A stretch of 64,000 bases of DNA. Source: an uncultured Candidatus Saccharibacteria bacterium. Lineage in GTDB: Bacteria > Patescibacteriota > Minisyncoccia > Phycocordibacterales > UBA9973. The notes below the pieces were generated by a model, which was not told the origin of the DNA, made no database searches, and was given only the letters and a program-made list of their open reading frames with translations. The position numbers and the translations under genes were made by a program. How positions within the stretch are numbered: the stretch's first letter is position 1; the number at the start of each line of letters is the position of its first letter. The DNA lies in assembly GCA_964606295.1 (NCBI GenBank), contig CAZSFR010000001.1, positions 56,504 through 120,503 on the forward strand, written 5' to 3'. Below are positions 10,987 through 19,478 of this stretch, piece by piece.

Positions 10987-12648
10987 CTAAAGAGCCTTGT
11001 CAATCGAGAGAGTGAGTGCGAATGTCGAGCCTTTGCCCACACCAGCTGAATCAGCTGAAAGCGTGCCTTTGTGAGCTTCTACTATCTGCTTGGCAAGGTA
11101 GAGACCGAGACCTGAACCACCAGAGTTCACCTTGGCGCCTTCGCCTCTTGCGAATTTACCGAACAAGGCCGTTTTGGTTTCTGGGCTCATGCCGATACCT
11201 GTATCTGTGATTGTGAGGATTACCTTTCTGCTTGCAGTATGCTGAACGAGCTTTATCTTGATTGTCCCCTCCTTCGTATATTTGATTGAATTATCTATCA
11301 AGTTGAGGATGACTTGGCGGAGTTTCTCCATATCTCCGTAGACGATATATGGTGCGAGATCGTCGTCTTCGTATGTCATGACAAGCCTATTGTTTGTAGC
11401 AGTGATAGAGAGATCGGCGACAATATCAGTTACTGCCTTTTTCATATCGAATTGATTCATTTCGAAACTCAACCCGCCTTGCTCGATTTTGGAAACATTC
11501 AAAAGATCTTCCACGACTTTGACTAGATGATTGGTTGATTCGAAAATGCGGTGTAATGGCTCGCTCTGCTTTTCCCCAAGCTCTCCAAAACTTCCCTCGA
11601 TAAGCATTGAGGAGTAGCCTTTGATTGCGGTCAGCGGACTCCTGAGTTGGTGTGACGCAAGCGAGAGGAATTCGGTCTTGAGTCGATCCTTTTGCTTCAA
11701 ACTTTCGTTAAGTATTTGTAAACGGTCAGAAAATGATTCGAGTTGCTTACGTTGCTCGACCTCTCTCTTTACGCTTTTGATTAGTAAGTATCCAAAGAAC
11801 ATTGAAAGCAGGAGCGTGATTGTGACCAAAACAACAGCAGTTTTTGATTCAATAAACAAATATTCTGAGCCAATCAAGAATATAAGAGCAGCAAACAACA
11901 TCTGAGCACTCAATAACTTTATGTTAAAAAGCTGAAACCGAACTATAAGAATTGAGAGCGCAGAAATAAAGACAACAATGCCGAAGAGTCCATATGATTC
12001 ATACGTATATACACCAGTTAGATCAGAAATATATCCCGTTGCCAAGAAAGAAAAGAGGAATCCTATAATTCCTATGGACAAAATAACAATAAGTTTTTTG
12101 GAAATATTGGTGCTTCGTAAAAATTCTCTACCTAGATAAAAAAGCGTTAGAGCAGTGAAAAAGATTTTCAAGCCAAATACGTAATTTAAAAAAAGAGGAT
12201 TCTCTATTGCTACACATTCAGGCAGATCATATAGGGCAAGATTCAACTTTGTGGGCGCAGCAACAATAAGAGGCACGATGATGCCTATAAAAAATAATTT
12301 AGCTCTTGAGCTAAGATCACGCTGGTGCAAGAAAACAAAAGTAAAATAAAATGTCAGTGCAAACATGATTACTGCCATGAGCTCAATGACTGACCATGCG
12401 GTCATAACGATTGAACTATGTGCATAACCGAGCCAAATCAAAAGATTACAAACCACCCAAACGCTAAAAAATATTGATAGTCCTAAAAGTATATTCGCCA
12501 ATCGAGAATGTTTTGCTTGTGAACGAACGAACATAGCAACAACAAGTGTCATGACGGCTGCTGGTATATGACAATACAGCAAAACCGTCTTGAGTGAGTC
12601 GACAAATTCTTTACAATATGCGAGGTTTGCTGGAAAATTGAAGTCCAT
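10987..12648 (-). CDS. Sensor histidine kinase with an N-terminal multi-TM (7-8 helix) sensor domain. No cognate response regulator is adjacent.
   Basis: HisKA phospho-acceptor box LSLASHQLRSPLTAIKGYSSML. HATPase_c N, G1 and G2 boxes (…DNSIKYT…, …DTGIGM…, …GSGLGL…). About 8 predicted TM helices in the first 300 aa. Confidence 0.85.
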   Translation of the reverse strand: MDFNFPANLAYCKEFVDSLKTVLLYCHIPAAVMTLVVAMFVRSQAKHSRLANILLGLSIFFSVWVVCNLLIWLGYAHSSIVMTAWSVIELMAVIMFALTFYFTFVFLHQRDLSSRAKLFFIGIIVPLIVAAPTKLNLALYDLPECVAIENPLFLNYVFGLKIFFTALTLFYLGREFLRSTNISKKLIVILSIGIIGFLFSFLATGYISDLTGVYTYESYGLFGIVVFISALSILIVRFQLFNIKLLSAQMLFAALIFLIGSEYLFIESKTAVVLVTITLLLSMFFGYLLIKSVKREVEQRKQLESFSDRLQILNESLKQKDRLKTEFLSLASHQLRSPLTAIKGYSSMLIEGSFGELGEKQSEPLHRIFESTNHLVKVVEDLLNVSKIEQGGLSFEMNQFDMKKAVTDIVADLSITATNNRLVMTYEDDDLAPYIVYGDMEKLRQVILNLIDNSIKYTKEGTIKIKLVQHTASRKVILTITDTGIGMSPETKTALFGKFARGEGAKVNSGGSGLGLYLAKQIVEAHKGTLSADSAGVGKGSTFALTLSIDKAL

Positions 12649-12651
12649 ACA

Positions 12652-13455
12652 TTAAAGCAGATTTTTTACATCACTATTGTACCACAACCATTCATTTGCA
12701 AGTTCACTTCTCAGTGGGAGCAAGGGTATGATAAGGGGGCGTACACCAAAGTACTCTTCAACTTTTTTAAAACTTGGCAGTACTTTTGTACAAAAAAATT
12801 CATACTCATCTGGATCCTGAGAAAAATAGTTTTCAAAAAGTATGCCGTGGACAACAAATAAAGTAAAAAAAGCAAAATAATACTCATTGTTTGAATTTTT
12901 GGTTATATCAAACCATTCCGCAAAATCATGAATGTGTGAGTATGAATCAGGAAAAACACTTTTGAAGAGTCTATGATGAAGGTCGACGACGGATTCGCCG
13001 GTATACGTCTGTATGTCTTTAAACATTTTCCCCTCTGTGGCATTAAAATCGATAATATTTTTTTTCTCCGATATAAATCTATGCCCATCCCGCTTGGTCA
13101 CGAAGTACATTTTTCCCAAAAGATATTTTTCGGAATTCATATTCACGAACTTTCCTGGATACTCAAGTATAAGAGGATCAAGTCCTACCATCTTGCTCAT
13201 TTCCAGAAAATACTTCATTTCAAAGTTTGGAGTTGCGATACAACGAGAGATAATTGCTCTCAACTCGCCCACCAACGGTTCAGGAATGCCATGTAAAGCA
13301 AAAAAATCCGAGACCTTGGTCTGGAGTTCTAGATCATGTTGTCGTTCTTTCAATGTTCGTAAAGCTTCTGAAAAAGGTGTGTATACACTTTCTACAAGAT
13401 CAGATCTCTGGCTAGCGGTAAGAGACTCGTAATCCATACCTACAAAAGATCGCAA
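12652..13455 (-). CDS. Hypothetical 267-aa cytoplasmic protein. Overlaps the upstream Cys-rich ORF by 16 nt.
   Basis: Clean ORF. No motif I can assign. Confidence 0.45.
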   Translation of the reverse strand: MRSFVGMDYESLTASQRSDLVESVYTPFSEALRTLKERQHDLELQTKVSDFFALHGIPEPLVGELRAIISRCIATPNFEMKYFLEMSKMVGLDPLILEYPGKFVNMNSEKYLLGKMYFVTKRDGHRFISEKKNIIDFNATEGKMFKDIQTYTGESVVDLHHRLFKSVFPDSYSHIHDFAEWFDITKNSNNEYYFAFFTLFVVHGILFENYFSQDPDEYEFFCTKVLPSFKKVEEYFGVRPLIIPLLPLRSELANEWLWYNSDVKNLL

Positions 13456-13826
13456 CTATTTTCTGTTTCGAGCATACTAATATTCTCTTCTGTGCATTCA
13501 AAAAGCAGACACCCCCCGCTTTCACATAGGTCAGTTATGCAGTCAGCACTTTGACACATGCTTGCATCCTTTGCATTAAAATACGCAAACTGGAAGTAAG
13601 CATCGATGCCGTCGTAGGAATACTCAAGACATCGAATATCATCCTCAGCGCATACTTCGGTAAAGCAATTCGAAACGAAAGGATCACAGGAGACTTTGCC
13701 GTACAAGGTATAGTTTTTGTTCACACTATAAGAAATGATTGAGTTTGCAATACATGCGATAATTGCAATCGCGAAAAGAATAATTGAGAGGATGTTCGTT
13801 TGCTTAGACTTTTCAGAATTTTCCAT
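13440..13826 (-). CDS. Small membrane-anchored cysteine-rich protein (12 Cys in about 90 extracytoplasmic residues).
   Basis: N-terminal TM helix (ILSIILFAIAIIACIANSII), then a domain dense in Cys with CxxxC/CxxC spacing. Confidence 0.45.
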   Translation of the reverse strand: MENSEKSKQTNILSIILFAIAIIACIANSIISYSVNKNYTLYGKVSCDPFVSNCFTEVCAEDDIRCLEYSYDGIDAYFQFAYFNAKDASMCQSADCITDLCESGGCLLFECTEENISMLETENSCDLL

Positions 13827-13844
13827 AATACTAAGTATATCAAA

Positions 13845-13870
13845 CTACAGAATTCTGTACAGAATTCTAA
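13845..13870. promoter_or_regulatory. Tandem palindromic motif ACAGAATTCTGT-ACAGAATTCT, immediately upstream of the Cys-rich/267-aa gene pair. Operator-like.
   Basis: Perfect 12-bp palindrome followed by a second 10-bp copy. Confidence 0.35.
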
Positions 13871-14794
13871 TTAGCTGAACACTATTAATGTGCCTATAAA
13901 CATGATACCTATGGCGAGTAGTTTGGGAGCTAAAGACTTAAAATTAAACTTCTCATTTACTATATGTGGGGCATAAAGCGTACAATAATATGTTAAGAGC
14001 AACACAATTACAGGTTGAAATGAATAGTTGACTATATAGACCAAGGTGATAGGCACCAGCAGTGTAGCAAAACTATTCATGAAATTTGCACCAATTGTGA
14101 TAAATTCGCTTGCAATATTTACCCCCAGAATAGTTCTTCCGTCATTTCGAATCATACCAAGGAAGGATGCGCGATAACGCTTGTGAAAAACAAATATCAC
14201 AATACCTGCAACCCCAAGACCAAGATATTGCCAAAATGTTGAAATCCAAAAGGTATATTCTGTAGTGACGAGTTTAAACAAGATACTGCTGAGCCCAACA
14301 ATGAAGCATGTAAAAAGCATTAGCAGTGCGACTTTCTTCTTAAATCGGAGTTCTGTATGAATCACTGTAAAATCAATTGAATGCACAAGTCCTCCTAATA
14401 CTATAACGACTCCACCAATTATTTGATTTCGTGTCAAAACTTCACCTAAAATAAGATATCCCAAGATGAAGGAAAACACAGGAATAGTGAAAAACCATAC
14501 CACCACATGAGAGATGTCTTCTATTTCAATGGCTCGTAAGTAAAAAATAATCCAAACTATTGTAATTACTCCAACAAGGAGTAGAAGCAACTTATCTGTA
14601 TTTGGTATCGAAAAGATATTACCTGCAAAAATAAATATTCCAAGGGCTACAATTATACCAACAAGACTCGAAAAAAGAGCGAGCGCGCCCACTGAGTGTT
14701 CGCTTTTTTTATGCTTCTTAACAAGATATTGATCTGCAATACTAACAAGTGCCCCAAGAAAAGGTGCACCAATCGCAAGAAGAAACCAATTCAT
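13871..14794 (-). CDS. EamA/DMT-superfamily transporter (10 TM).
   Basis: 307-aa polytopic protein with the two-repeat 5+5 TM architecture typical of EamA. Confidence 0.55.
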   Translation of the reverse strand: MNWFLLAIGAPFLGALVSIADQYLVKKHKKSEHSVGALALFSSLVGIIVALGIFIFAGNIFSIPNTDKLLLLLVGVITIVWIIFYLRAIEIEDISHVVVWFFTIPVFSFILGYLILGEVLTRNQIIGGVVIVLGGLVHSIDFTVIHTELRFKKKVALLMLFTCFIVGLSSILFKLVTTEYTFWISTFWQYLGLGVAGIVIFVFHKRYRASFLGMIRNDGRTILGVNIASEFITIGANFMNSFATLLVPITLVYIVNYSFQPVIVLLLTYYCTLYAPHIVNEKFNFKSLAPKLLAIGIMFIGTLIVFS

Positions 14795-14799
14795 ACAAT

Positions 14800-15864
14800 T
14801 TAAATTCCCTCTTCAGCTAACTTCTGTACTAGATCTTTGCCTTTATGAGAGAGTTTCTTGGGAAATATTATATCAACCTTGACCAACATATCTCCGCGCT
14901 TTCCTTTTCCATTTGGAATTCCCTTTTCTCGCAGGCGAAGCATTTCTCCGTGAACAATGCCTTCTGGAATTTTGATCGATAGTGGTCCGTCGAGCGTACC
15001 CACTGTATATGAAGCACCCAGGAGCGCATCAGAAAGCTTGATTTTCAAATGTGTAACGATGTTTGAACCCTCACGTATATAATTGGGATCTCGCGTCACA
15101 TTGATTTTGATATACAAATCTCCCGCGACACCTTGTGAAACCGCTTCTCCCATAGATGTCATACGTATCATCTGTCCGTCATCGATACCTGCAGGGATGG
15201 CAACGGTAATCTCCTCCTGCTTTTTTCTGATCCCAAGCCCGTGGCATTCCTTACAGAGTTTCTCCGGAATCTCTCCACGGCCATTGCATGTCGTACACAC
15301 ATGTTCTACGGTAAATGATCCCAAGATAGTACGTTTTGATTCATGAACTCTTCCTTTCCCATTACATTTTGTACATTGCTTGAATGCACTGTGGAGCTCT
15401 CCGCCACGTCCTTCGCACGCGTCGCATGTGCCAACTTTTGAAATAAGAATCTTGCGTTCAACACCAAAGACAGCCTCCTTAAATGAAATTGTTATTTCTG
15501 TAGAAATATCACGACCGCGCCTTGTTTGACTTTGTCTTCCACCAAAAAAGTCTGAAAAAATATCGCCCATGTCGCCCATATCGAATCCTTCCTGATTCTG
15601 ATAGCCACCCCAGTCAAATCCAAATCCTGCACCGTTGGCACCAGCTCCGCCGTTTGCAAATGTCTCGCCGTAGCGGTCGTACTCAGCACGCTTTCTCTCG
15701 TCTGAAAGTATTTGATATGCTTCGTTTACCTCTTTGAACTTGGCGTCATCTCCGTTGTTTTTATCAGGATGGTATTTGTGAGCAAGTTTGTGAAATGCCT
15801 TTTTTATATCGTCCTTTGTCGACGATTTGGTGACGCCGAGCATGTTGTAGTAGTCCTTTGCCAT
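14800..15864 (-). CDS. dnaJ: Chaperone DnaJ. True start is MAKDYY at 15864, directly preceded by a TTGTATAAT extended -10 element.
   Basis: J domain with HPD (KAFHKLAHKYHPDKN), Gly/Phe-rich linker, four CxxCxGxG zinc-finger repeats, and a C-terminal domain. Confidence 0.9.
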   Translation of the reverse strand: MAKDYYNMLGVTKSSTKDDIKKAFHKLAHKYHPDKNNGDDAKFKEVNEAYQILSDERKRAEYDRYGETFANGGAGANGAGFGFDWGGYQNQEGFDMGDMGDIFSDFFGGRQSQTRRGRDISTEITISFKEAVFGVERKILISKVGTCDACEGRGGELHSAFKQCTKCNGKGRVHESKRTILGSFTVEHVCTTCNGRGEIPEKLCKECHGLGIRKKQEEITVAIPAGIDDGQMIRMTSMGEAVSQGVAGDLYIKINVTRDPNYIREGSNIVTHLKIKLSDALLGASYTVGTLDGPLSIKIPEGIVHGEMLRLREKGIPNGKGKRGDMLVKVDIIFPKKLSHKGKDLVQKLAEEGI

Positions 15865-15900
15865 ATCGCGATTATACAACAAAATTGTATTTTTGCAAAA

Positions 15901-16527
15901 CTAATTTACTACAAAAAAACCCAAGGTCAGTGCTGCATAATTGAGGATTGCGTGAGCCACGCTGACGAGGATAAGATTTGGCATCTTGTGGTATATCGCC
16001 GCAAAAAATACTCCACCAATGAACACAAGTGGGATGACGAAAAGTTGATGGGGGTAGATAACGTGAAGAAGTGCAAAAAGAGTTGCGTTCACAAGTATGA
16101 TTGTGTGAGTTTCGCTTTTGAAAATCTGTTTAAGCATTTTCATAAGAAATCCACGGTACAAAAATTCTTGGAACAGTGACACCGGCAAAAACGTGAGAAT
16201 CAGTTTGAGTTCTGCGTTTTTGCCACCAAGGACGTGGAGCGTTGGTAGGTTGAGCACGTTTGCATAGAGAATGAGAAGAATCAACCCTCCCGCAGTAAAA
16301 AGTGTATACGTAGGTAAAGCCTTTTTTATGTTGTCAAAACGAATTCCAACATCTTCTGCCTTCCATCTCTCTCGAGTGATGATTATTCCGACGGCAATGA
16401 CTCCGAGTGTTAGTAGTAGAAGACGAACAGACTCAGGCAAAATTCCGAATTTAATAAGAAGGATTGGTAGAAGAAAAATAAGGAGAATCTCTACCAAAAA
16501 CTTTTGCTCGACATCGACGTATTTCAT
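15901..16527 (-). CDS. CPBP-family intramembrane metalloprotease (CAAX protease / Abi domain).
   Basis: EExxxR-like motif (FQEFLYRGF) and FxxxH motif (LFALLHVIYP) in a multi-TM protein. Confidence 0.65.
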   Translation of the reverse strand: MKYVDVEQKFLVEILLIFLLPILLIKFGILPESVRLLLLTLGVIAVGIIITRERWKAEDVGIRFDNIKKALPTYTLFTAGGLILLILYANVLNLPTLHVLGGKNAELKLILTFLPVSLFQEFLYRGFLMKMLKQIFKSETHTIILVNATLFALLHVIYPHQLFVIPLVFIGGVFFAAIYHKMPNLILVSVAHAILNYAALTLGFFVVN

Positions 16528-17073
16528 TTATTTCCTTTCGTAAAGACCTGTAAGTGATGTTTCTCCCAATACATGTCCTTCTATCGCAGAGACTAAGTCA
16601 CTTTTGACGGCAGTACTATCCAATGACAACTGTGAATCAAGAGCGTATAGTTTGAAATTGTAATGATGAGTACCGTTTGGTGGACATGGACCACTCCAAC
16701 TAGACTTACCAAAACTAGTTGTGCCCATAGTCGAGCTCGGCGGTATATCAGTTTCATTAATAGAATTTACTGTCTCTGGTATATTCCATATTAGGAAATG
16801 TACCCAGTCTCCGCCGAGGGCATCAGGGTCGTCGACAACGATTGCTATTGAAGATGTATCTTCCGGAATACCGCCCCAAGAAAGCTCCGGCATTTTGTTT
16901 GTACCGTCACAGGTATAATCAGCAGGTATAAAATCATTATTCAAAAAGGCAGAGCTTTCAAATGTCATAAATGATTCAACTTGAGTTACTTGTTCTTTGT
17001 GTCTGGTCAAAATAACGGCCAAGAAAATCCCTACAGCAAGGAATGTTGCAATAAACCAGAAAATCTTGTTCAT
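16528..17073 (-). CDS. YbhB/YbcL-family PEBP (phosphatidylethanolamine-binding) protein with an N-terminal anchor.
   Basis: VVDDPDALGGDWVHFLIWNIP and HHYNFKLYALD match the PEBP signatures. Confidence 0.7.
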   Translation of the reverse strand: MNKIFWFIATFLAVGIFLAVILTRHKEQVTQVESFMTFESSAFLNNDFIPADYTCDGTNKMPELSWGGIPEDTSSIAIVVDDPDALGGDWVHFLIWNIPETVNSINETDIPPSSTMGTTSFGKSSWSGPCPPNGTHHYNFKLYALDSQLSLDSTAVKSDLVSAIEGHVLGETSLTGLYERK

Positions 17074-17106
17074 ACACCAAAGTATAGTACCAAAGGATAG
17101 GAAATG

Positions 17107-18045
17107 CTACCTATCCCAATTGAAATCTCTCCCGTAATGGCCCCAACCAGACGTCTGTTGAAATATGACGTCTTTTAATTTCAAGGTTTCTCTGATGCCA
17201 CGTGGTGAGAGATCGTAGCCTTCAATATTCATTTGTATTCCATCCACAACAGCCACAGCCATGACAGGTTCTGATTTGCCGATAGCGTACGCTAGCTTCG
17301 TGAAGACTTCTTTTGCCTCAAACTTTTTCAAATAATCAACAGCTATTTTGCGAGCCATATACGCACCTGAACGGTCAACCTTTGTGAAATCTTTGCCAGA
17401 GTATGAGCCACCGCCTATTGGGATTTCGGGGCCGTAGTTATCGACAATGAGTTTTCTTCCAGAGAGTCCTGTGTCTGCATCGAACCCACCTTGAGTCCAT
17501 TCACCTGCAGGATTAATAAAATACTCTTCAGCGACAATAATGCTTTGGACAAGGGGTAGCAAATCTTCATTCTTTGTATTCTGAAAACTACAGACTACAG
17601 TTTTTACATTCCCGTCCGCGAGCGTTACTTGTGTTTTGCCGTCATAAGGATACACTTGAAAGACTTTCTCACAGATTTCTCTTGCAAGCTCATACTCTCT
17701 TGGCAAAAGACTTTTTGTTTCATTAGTTGCATAGCCTTTCATTATACCTTGATCTCCCGCACCGCCAGTATCCACGCCTTGCGCAATTTGTAGACTTTGT
17801 TTTGCAATATTCACTATTACTTTATAGTCCCTGCCGACTATTGTCTCAATGATATTTTCAATATTTGGACTTGCGTTTGATGTGACTTCCCCATTGATGG
17901 TGATCAGATGATGCCCTCCCATCACCTCAACAGCGACACGAGAATCTCTATCCCCCAGAAGATACGCATCGAGTATCGCATCTGCAATAGAGTCACATAT
18001 TTTATCGGGATGCATTGGACTGACAAATTCTGCTGTTTTATTCAT
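17107..18045 (-). CDS. metK: S-adenosylmethionine synthetase, compact 312-aa form.
   Basis: HPDKICDSIADAILDA at the N-terminus, GAGDQGIMKGYA, and GGGSYSGKDFTKVDRSGAYMAR. Confidence 0.9.
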   Translation of the reverse strand: MNKTAEFVSPMHPDKICDSIADAILDAYLLGDRDSRVAVEVMGGHHLITINGEVTSNASPNIENIIETIVGRDYKVIVNIAKQSLQIAQGVDTGGAGDQGIMKGYATNETKSLLPREYELAREICEKVFQVYPYDGKTQVTLADGNVKTVVCSFQNTKNEDLLPLVQSIIVAEEYFINPAGEWTQGGFDADTGLSGRKLIVDNYGPEIPIGGGSYSGKDFTKVDRSGAYMARKIAVDYLKKFEAKEVFTKLAYAIGKSEPVMAVAVVDGIQMNIEGYDLSPRGIRETLKLKDVIFQQTSGWGHYGRDFNWDR

Positions 18046-18106
18046 ACAATTTGAACATTATGCTCTAGCTTTAGATAAGAAGCTGAAGACTAGACAGATA
18101 ATTAAT

Positions 18107-18250
18107 AAAAAATCACCCCAAAGGGTGAACAGTTCGAAGTGCATCACCCAATTGGGTCTTGATTGGAGCACCGTTTCAGAGTAGCTTACTTTGAATGGTT
18201 GCCGGCGGATCGTTGAGTCAAGCCTCTATCCGCACTCTTGATACTTATTT
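18107..18250 (-). ncRNA. SAM-I (S-box) riboswitch in the metK leader, with an intrinsic terminator expression platform (hairpin UCACCC-UUUG-GGGUGA followed by UUUUUUAUU at 18107-18128).
   Basis: Minus-strand RNA reads …UAUCAAGAGUGCGGAUAGAGGCUUGACUCAACGAUCCGCCGGCAACC…AACGGUGCUCCAAUC…GGGUGAUGC…. This matches S-box conserved blocks (AUCAAGAG, GGCAACC, GGUGC.AAUYC), and P1 is closed by GUAUCA/UGAUGC. Confidence 0.6.
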
Positions 18251-18294
18251 GATTGTAAAAAGAGTATATCACAATAAAAAATAGGAGCAATGTA

Positions 18295-18765
18295 TTACAC
18301 GGCTCCTCTCTTGTATGTATTAATTTTTTTGCGTTCCGATCCGAGTACGTTGTCTTGCGGTGGTTCAAATTTATTTTTTTTATGTTTTGAAAATTTCTTA
18401 ATCTTCCTCCATCTTACATAAATCACACTTTGTGTTGTAAGACTAAGTAGTATCAATCCAACAAAGATTGCATTGTTTACAGAAAGTAGACCTTCGCCGT
18501 CGCTGATGATGATATACCACGCCCATCCACCGGTAATTACTTTACTTAATACCGATATAATTAAAAAAATCGGTAGGATTCCCTTCTTCTTCGGATCAAT
18601 ATCTTCGAAAAGAGTGGTTGCTTGTGACACGTAATCATTCTCGATTCTTTGATACTTGTGTGTCAACAAATACCAATTGAGCCTCGTCTGCCGTAGCAAT
18701 CCCTTTAGTAATCCCATAATAAGAATATTTGAGAGAATTAAACCACTGCACAAATAAAAAAGCAA
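18295..18765 (-). CDS. Hypothetical membrane protein. The annotated start is a TTG lying inside the upstream terminator hairpin; a start at Met17 (18717) is more plausible.
   Basis: Hydrophobic ORF with a Lys-rich C-terminus. Start codon uncertain. Confidence 0.35.
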   Translation of the reverse strand: MLFYLCSGLILSNILIMGLLKGLLRQTRLNWYLLTHKYQRIENDYVSQATTLFEDIDPKKKGILPIFLIISVLSKVITGGWAWYIIISDGEGLLSVNNAIFVGLILLSLTTQSVIYVRWRKIKKFSKHKKNKFEPPQDNVLGSERKKINTYKRGAV

Positions 18766-18784
18766 CCGTCAAAAAAACGGTTGC
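18751..18784 (-). terminator. Rho-independent terminator (GCAACCG-UUUUUUUGA-CGGUUGC plus a U-run) downstream of the 146-aa membrane protein gene.
   Basis: 7-bp GC-rich stem followed by TTTTTTATTTG on the minus strand. Confidence 0.5.
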
Positions 18785-18961
18785 GAATAATATACTGTTA
18801 CAAAATTGTTTTAATGATTTATAACAAAGGATAAAACGACAAGGTGTCTGTCCTATTTGCAAATTCAAAACACTATCAAACTTAATCGCCCTATTGAGAC
18901 TTGGTTTCCCTATTTTGAAAGTGCCGTTCTGCGTTTATCCTAATTCCGATACGATTAAGAT

Positions 18962-19402
18962 TTATGGATGTCCTGCAAGTGCGGATATTCTTTCAATATA
19001 GCTCTTCTCAAACTTTTTCTTGAGCTCGGCAAATCGATAGTAGTGTCTAAACAACATCTTTACAACTGGTGTCAATGAAAACGTCATAATGCAATATATA
19101 ATAAATTGCTTCAACCACGATTCCTGTATTGCTAAAGCAAAAACAGAGTAGTCTCTTCCCTGAGAGTTCAGTAGGAATACTGTGACTGGTATGCCCCAAA
19201 CGAAAATACAAACGAGCAATAAAATGAGAACAGTTGTAAAAAGCGGTATCGGCCTTTCTCTGTTCAACAGATAGTTTTTAATTAGATTACTATCGATGTG
19301 CTTTTCGATAATAGTCTTTGTGCGGTTACTTGTAATGATGGTTGCTGCCAAAGTCCATTTGGCTACCAAAATAATCTGAGCAACAAATTCTTTTGTTTTC
19401 AT
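18962..19402 (-). CDS. Hypothetical membrane protein (3-4 TM).
   Basis: 146-aa hydrophobic ORF downstream of dnaK. Confidence 0.45.
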   Translation of the reverse strand: MKTKEFVAQIILVAKWTLAATIITSNRTKTIIEKHIDSNLIKNYLLNRERPIPLFTTVLILLLVCIFVWGIPVTVFLLNSQGRDYSVFALAIQESWLKQFIIYCIMTFSLTPVVKMLFRHYYRFAELKKKFEKSYIERISALAGHP

Positions 19403-19478
19403 TATAGCTATTTTCTATACTAAAACATTTTCCAAAGAAAAAGGCAACCATTTTTGGTTGCTTTTTTCAAGCTTGATT

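Noticed and set aside
18186-18368. 60-aa minus-strand ORF upstream of metK.
   Set aside because: It overlaps the SAM-I riboswitch aptamer and terminator. The region is better explained as a structured leader RNA.
18635-18868. 77-aa minus-strand ORF overlapping the terminator and the start of the 156-aa membrane ORF.
   Set aside because: It overlaps a clear intrinsic terminator hairpin and another ORF. Not credible as a gene.
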